A stretch of DNA of 64,000 nucleotides from Malassezia furfur (Eukaryota). A program made the position numbers and the translations under genes. The notes under the pieces were generated by a model. The model worked only from the letters and a program-made list of their open reading frames with translations, was not told the DNA's origin and ran no database searches. Of the stretch, positions 60,614 to 64,000 are shown in pieces. The stretch lies in assembly GCA_052055015.1 (NCBI GenBank), contig JBQJIT010000017.1; one strand, written 5' to 3'. Each line of letters starts with the position of its first letter. Positions within the stretch are counted from its first letter, which is position 1.

Positions 60614-62293
60614 CTATGACACATACGAACGGAGCGCGTACAGCAGCACACGACCCCGGCTGTTGCCGATCGCCATGTACCGGCTCTCGGACGAGAAGTC
60701 GAGCGCAGTAACATGCCCGAGCGGCGTGCCCGCCGTCGGCCAGTTGGAGTAGGTCTGCAACGTGGGCACATGCACCATGCGCAAAGCGTCCTTCTTGTTG
60801 CGCGACGCAATCGCAAGCAGCTGCGCGTCGTGGCTGAATCGCATCGAGGTGATCGCCGTCGTTAGATTGCCGAGCGCGCGCCGCGACTTGAGCTGCACGT
60901 CGTCGGTGACCGGCGCAGCGACGGGAGTGTCGACAAGCCCATCAAGCGTCGCGCTCGTCGTCACGCGGTCGTCGGTGCCGCCATACACATTTACCACACC
61001 GCTAGTCGACCCCACCGCCCACGCCGACGGCACGAGCGACGACGAGGCACACTCAAGGCCCTTGGCGCCAAACAGCCCGGGATCGAATGCCGTCACGGGG
61101 CACGCGCGGTTGCGCACATCCCACACATGCACGCGACCCTCGGTGGAGAGCGTCAGCAGCCGCGGCGTGGAGGTGGAGGGCGCCCAGGTCATGCCGGCGA
61201 GCGGCGCATTCATGCGCAGCTCGCCGATGCGCTGTCCGCCGCCGTTGGCGGTCACACCGCCGGCACCCCAGTCAACCAGATGGACTTGCCCGCGGCGCCC
61301 ACCGATCGCAACGAGGCGCGCGTCCGCACCCGGCTCGAATCGCACAAAGCTCAGGTCGCGCTCGGCACCCGCATCGACTTCCGTGCCACCAGCACTCGAC
61401 ACCACCTTACCTGCGCCACGCCATGGCGATGAGCGAATGGTCTTACCGGAACGAATGTCGTATGCGTACAGGTACGGGCGGTTGCCGGCGATCAGCACCG
61501 AGTGACCAGAGGGGTGGAACTGTGCTGTCTTAATTGGCAAATCGGGCACATGCAGTGTCTCAAGTAGCGGATTGGTGCTCCCGTTGATTTGGAACAGGCG
61601 CACACGCCGATCGCGCGAGGCTGTAAGAAGGACATGCGAGCGTGCGCTAGGGTGGAATGCAATGTGTTCGATTGCCGCAGGCTCCTCGGCACGTTCCTGC
61701 GCCTCGTTTGCGTCACGCAGGCGCTCCACGTCAAGACGGTCGGGCGTCAAACGTCGGGTCACGCCGCGGCTCACGAGGCCCGACTCGGCACTGAGCAGGT
61801 CACTGAGCAGGGGCGCACTCCATGCGCTGCTCTCGCCCATGCTGGGAGCCACAGATGCCCAGGCCGGCCGCGGATGCATGCGCTCGTACTGCCGGCGCAA
61901 ACGCCGCTGGTACTCGGCACCGCTGATCACCTGCTCACTAGGGTTGGTGCGCAGTTTACGAAGTTTTTTGACGCCGCGCATACTGCCGTCGGGTGCGCGC
62001 GCACCAGCACCCGCAAGCGGCACCATGATCTGCTCATCGTCCGCGTCAGTCCATGCGGCATGTGGTTGGTCAGATGTGGCTGTCGCCGCGGGTGCGTCGG
62101 TGCTTCCGGGGACGTCAACGTCGACGTCGAGCGCAAACAGCTGCCGGTGAGTGGGCGGGAGACGTACGTCTTGGTCCTGGGCCTCCTGTAGGGTATCCTC
62201 GTCTTCACGCTTCCGCGTGACGCCGGCGCCGCCAAACAGGCGCTGCGCCAAGCGCTGCTCTTCGGTGCGCTCTGCGCCGTGCGCGTCTCCCAT
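60614..62293 (-). CDS. UTP18: U3 snoRNP/SSU processome WD40 protein
   Basis: AAWTDADDE, LRKLR..ISGAEYQRRLRRQYERMHPRPAWA, ERLRDAN, LRMVHVPTLQTYSNWPTAGTPLGHV, GNSRGRV; probable 27-nt intron at 62141-62167. Confidence 0.93.
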   Translation of the reverse strand: MGDAHGAERTEEQRLAQRLFGGAGVTRKREDEDTLQEAQDQDVRLPPTHRQLFALDVDVDVPGSTDAPAATATSDQPHAAWTDADDEQIMVPLAGAGARAPDGSMRGVKKLRKLRTNPSEQVISGAEYQRRLRRQYERMHPRPAWASVAPSMGESSAWSAPLLSDLLSAESGLVSRGVTRRLTPDRLDVERLRDANEAQERAEEPAAIEHIAFHPSARSHVLLTASRDRRVRLFQINGSTNPLLETLHVPDLPIKTAQFHPSGHSVLIAGNRPYLYAYDIRSGKTIRSSPWRGAGKVVSSAGGTEVDAGAERDLSFVRFEPGADARLVAIGGRRGQVHLVDWGAGGVTANGGGQRIGELRMNAPLAGMTWAPSTSTPRLLTLSTEGRVHVWDVRNRACPVTAFDPGLFGAKGLECASSSLVPSAWAVGSTSGVVNVYGGTDDRVTTSATLDGLVDTPVAAPVTDDVQLKSRRALGNLTTAITSMRFSHDAQLLAIASRNKKDALRMVHVPTLQTYSNWPTAGTPLGHVTALDFSSESRYMAIGNSRGRVLLYALRSYVS

Positions 62294-62319
62294 GGCGTCG
62301 AGGGAGAACTTTTTTCCTG

Positions 62320-62327
62320 CACGTGAC
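62320..62327. promoter_or_regulatory. CACGTGAC E-box next to a T-tract in the 58-bp UTP18/HEM3 divergent promoter
   Basis: Motif seen directly in the intergenic spacer. Confidence 0.6.
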
Positions 62328-62351
62328 GATCGATTCGAAGCTGCGACGTCG

Positions 62352-63946
62352 ATGGCGGAGATCCACGCGCAGGAGCCGCCGGCCTGCCCGGTGCCGCACG
62401 CCAGGGAGCAGCCGCTTCCGCCAGGACACCCACCCGTGCCTGATGCGGCACCCAGCTCGTTGCAGCCGCCGACGGGACCGCACTGCATTTTTTTCCGCCA
62501 GCCGGAGGACAAGCTCGACGCGCCGGAAAACGTTGCGAACGACGTGCCGGAATCGGACCCGAGCGCGGAGGCTGTCGCGGATGTCGTGCAGGATATCGTG
62601 CCTGCAGAATACCTGCTGGTGCTCGCTAGCCGCACGAGCAAGCTCGCTGTACGTCAGGCCGAGCAGGTACAGCACATGCTCGAGGTGCGCTTTGGTGCAT
62701 CATCGCCGGCGTTTGCCGACCCGGTGCCCGAGGACGTGCGTGAGGAGGTCGCAGCAATCCACGAGCGTTTACGTGCGCTAGATGGCCCTGATGCGCCGCT
62801 GCGTCCATTTGCGTTCCCTGCGCGCACGATGCAGACGGGCGGAGATCTGAATCTGCGCTCACCTTTGTACGTGATCGGCGGCGAGGGCCGCGCGATCTGG
62901 ACGAAGGAGCTCGAGGTTGCACTGCTAGCCGGTGGTGTGGATGCGATCGTGCACAGCTTGAAAGACGTGCCCACGACGCTGCCCACCAACCTCGAGCTCG
63001 CGGCGATTCTTGAGCGCGAAGATCCGCGCGATGCGCTCGTTGTCAAGGCTGGCCTTCCGTACGCGTCACTCGAGGAGATGCCGCCTGGTTCAGTGATTGG
63101 TACATCGTCGGTGCGCCGCGTCGCGCTGCTGCGCCGTGCTTACCCCCATTTGATGTTTAGCGATGTGGTATGTCTTGGAAGCTAACGCAGCGCGGCAATA
63201 TCCACACCCGGCTCGCGAAACTCGATGCCGAAAATGGACCCTATACGGCGCTTGTGCTTGCCGCCGCAGGGCTCAAGCGTATGCAGCTCGCTACGCGTAT
63301 TACCGCATACCTCACTGCACCTGTTATGCTGCACGCCGTCGGCCAAGGCTCGCTTGGTATCGAAATCCGGTCACCAAACGGTTCACCGCGTGATGCGCGC
63401 GTCAAGGCGCTCATCGCGAGCATCGCCGACTGGCGCGCGACGTGGCGCTGCAGTGCGGAGCGGGCACTGCTGCACCGCATGGAGGGAGGTTGCTCCATTC
63501 CGCTCGGCGTTGCATCGTGGTTTGACGACCACCACGAGGTCGAAGTGACGCGTAACGAGCCGCTGGCCACGCCCGCACAGCTCGCGGCCGAAGGCAAGCC
63601 CGTCAGTGCGCCGGTCGATCTGCGTTTCTCGACGCCGCCGCCAGACGGCCAGGTGCTGACGCTGCGTGCGGTGATCGTGTCGTTGGACGGCACGCGCAGC
63701 TGTGAGTACGAGGCATCAGCGCTGTGCAAGTCGGTGGACGATGCCGTGGCGCTAGGGATACAGGTTGCCGACGACCTTGAGCACCGCCAGGGTGCTCGTG
63801 AGATTCTTGAGGAGGTCGAGCACCACCGCCGCCTCGCCGAGCAGGCGGACGAGGCGCAGCGGCAAAAGCAGCAAGTACCCGCACAGGAGCAGGACCGGCG
63901 GTTTGTGCCGCGCACGGACGGACAGCCCAAGGTATGGGAAGTGTAG
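62352..63946 (+). CDS. HEM3: Porphobilinogen deaminase with an N-terminal extension (1 intron, 63168-63190)
   Basis: ASRTSKLAVRQA, WTKELEVAL, IVHSLKDVPT, REDPRDA, GTSSVRR, DV|RGNIHTRLAKLD, HAVGQGSLGIE, EGGCSIP. Confidence 0.95.
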
Positions 63947-64000
63947 TAGTCATTACGCGTCTACGTGGAAATAGATCACCTCGGCGAGCAGCACACCGAG

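Noticed and set aside
1..64000. CRISPR arrays, tRNA/rRNA genes, secondary-metabolite cluster
   Set aside because: No repeat-spacer arrays, recognisable RNA genes or PKS/NRPS cores seen; small ncRNAs could be missed without a covariance-model search.

Overview
Gene-dense, GC-rich (about 65%) fungal chromosome segment. Very short introns (21-47 nt, mostly GTACGT/GTGCGT/GTAGGT donor, CTRAC/CTCAC branch, YAG acceptor), near-absent intergenic DNA and basidiomycete-type proteins suggest a Malassezia-like yeast (inference). About 34 protein-coding genes are supported, mostly housekeeping: SSP120, ABCB transporter, FZO1, RPL25, RRP42, LEU1, VMA3, MAS1, MED6, ESC2/Rad60, SEC11, MSB2, PAP1, site-2 protease, ENT3, PUP2, TRS130, RBA50, TAF13, GLR1, CAB5, TAF12, MTQ2, NOC4, UTP18, HEM3. 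I saw no RNA genes, transposons or CRISPR arrays. Most notable: (1) an intronless secreted/anchored protein with a bacterial-style, apparently catalytically dead M23/LytM fold plus an Ig-like tail; (2) a complete GAR transformylase (Ade8) domain embedded in a gelsolin/villin-like protein; (3) a roughly 7-kb GC trough containing an assembly gap, resembling a centromere or ex-centromere; (4) a Ki-67-like FHA protein; (5) 21-24-nt introns, several in-frame and stop-free; (6) convergent genes meeting at zero-gap TAGCTA stop palindromes; (7) a CACGTG E-box in most promoters; (8) a heme-regulatory-like CP motif on Hem3. All assignments come from motif recognition by eye; no database searches were run.
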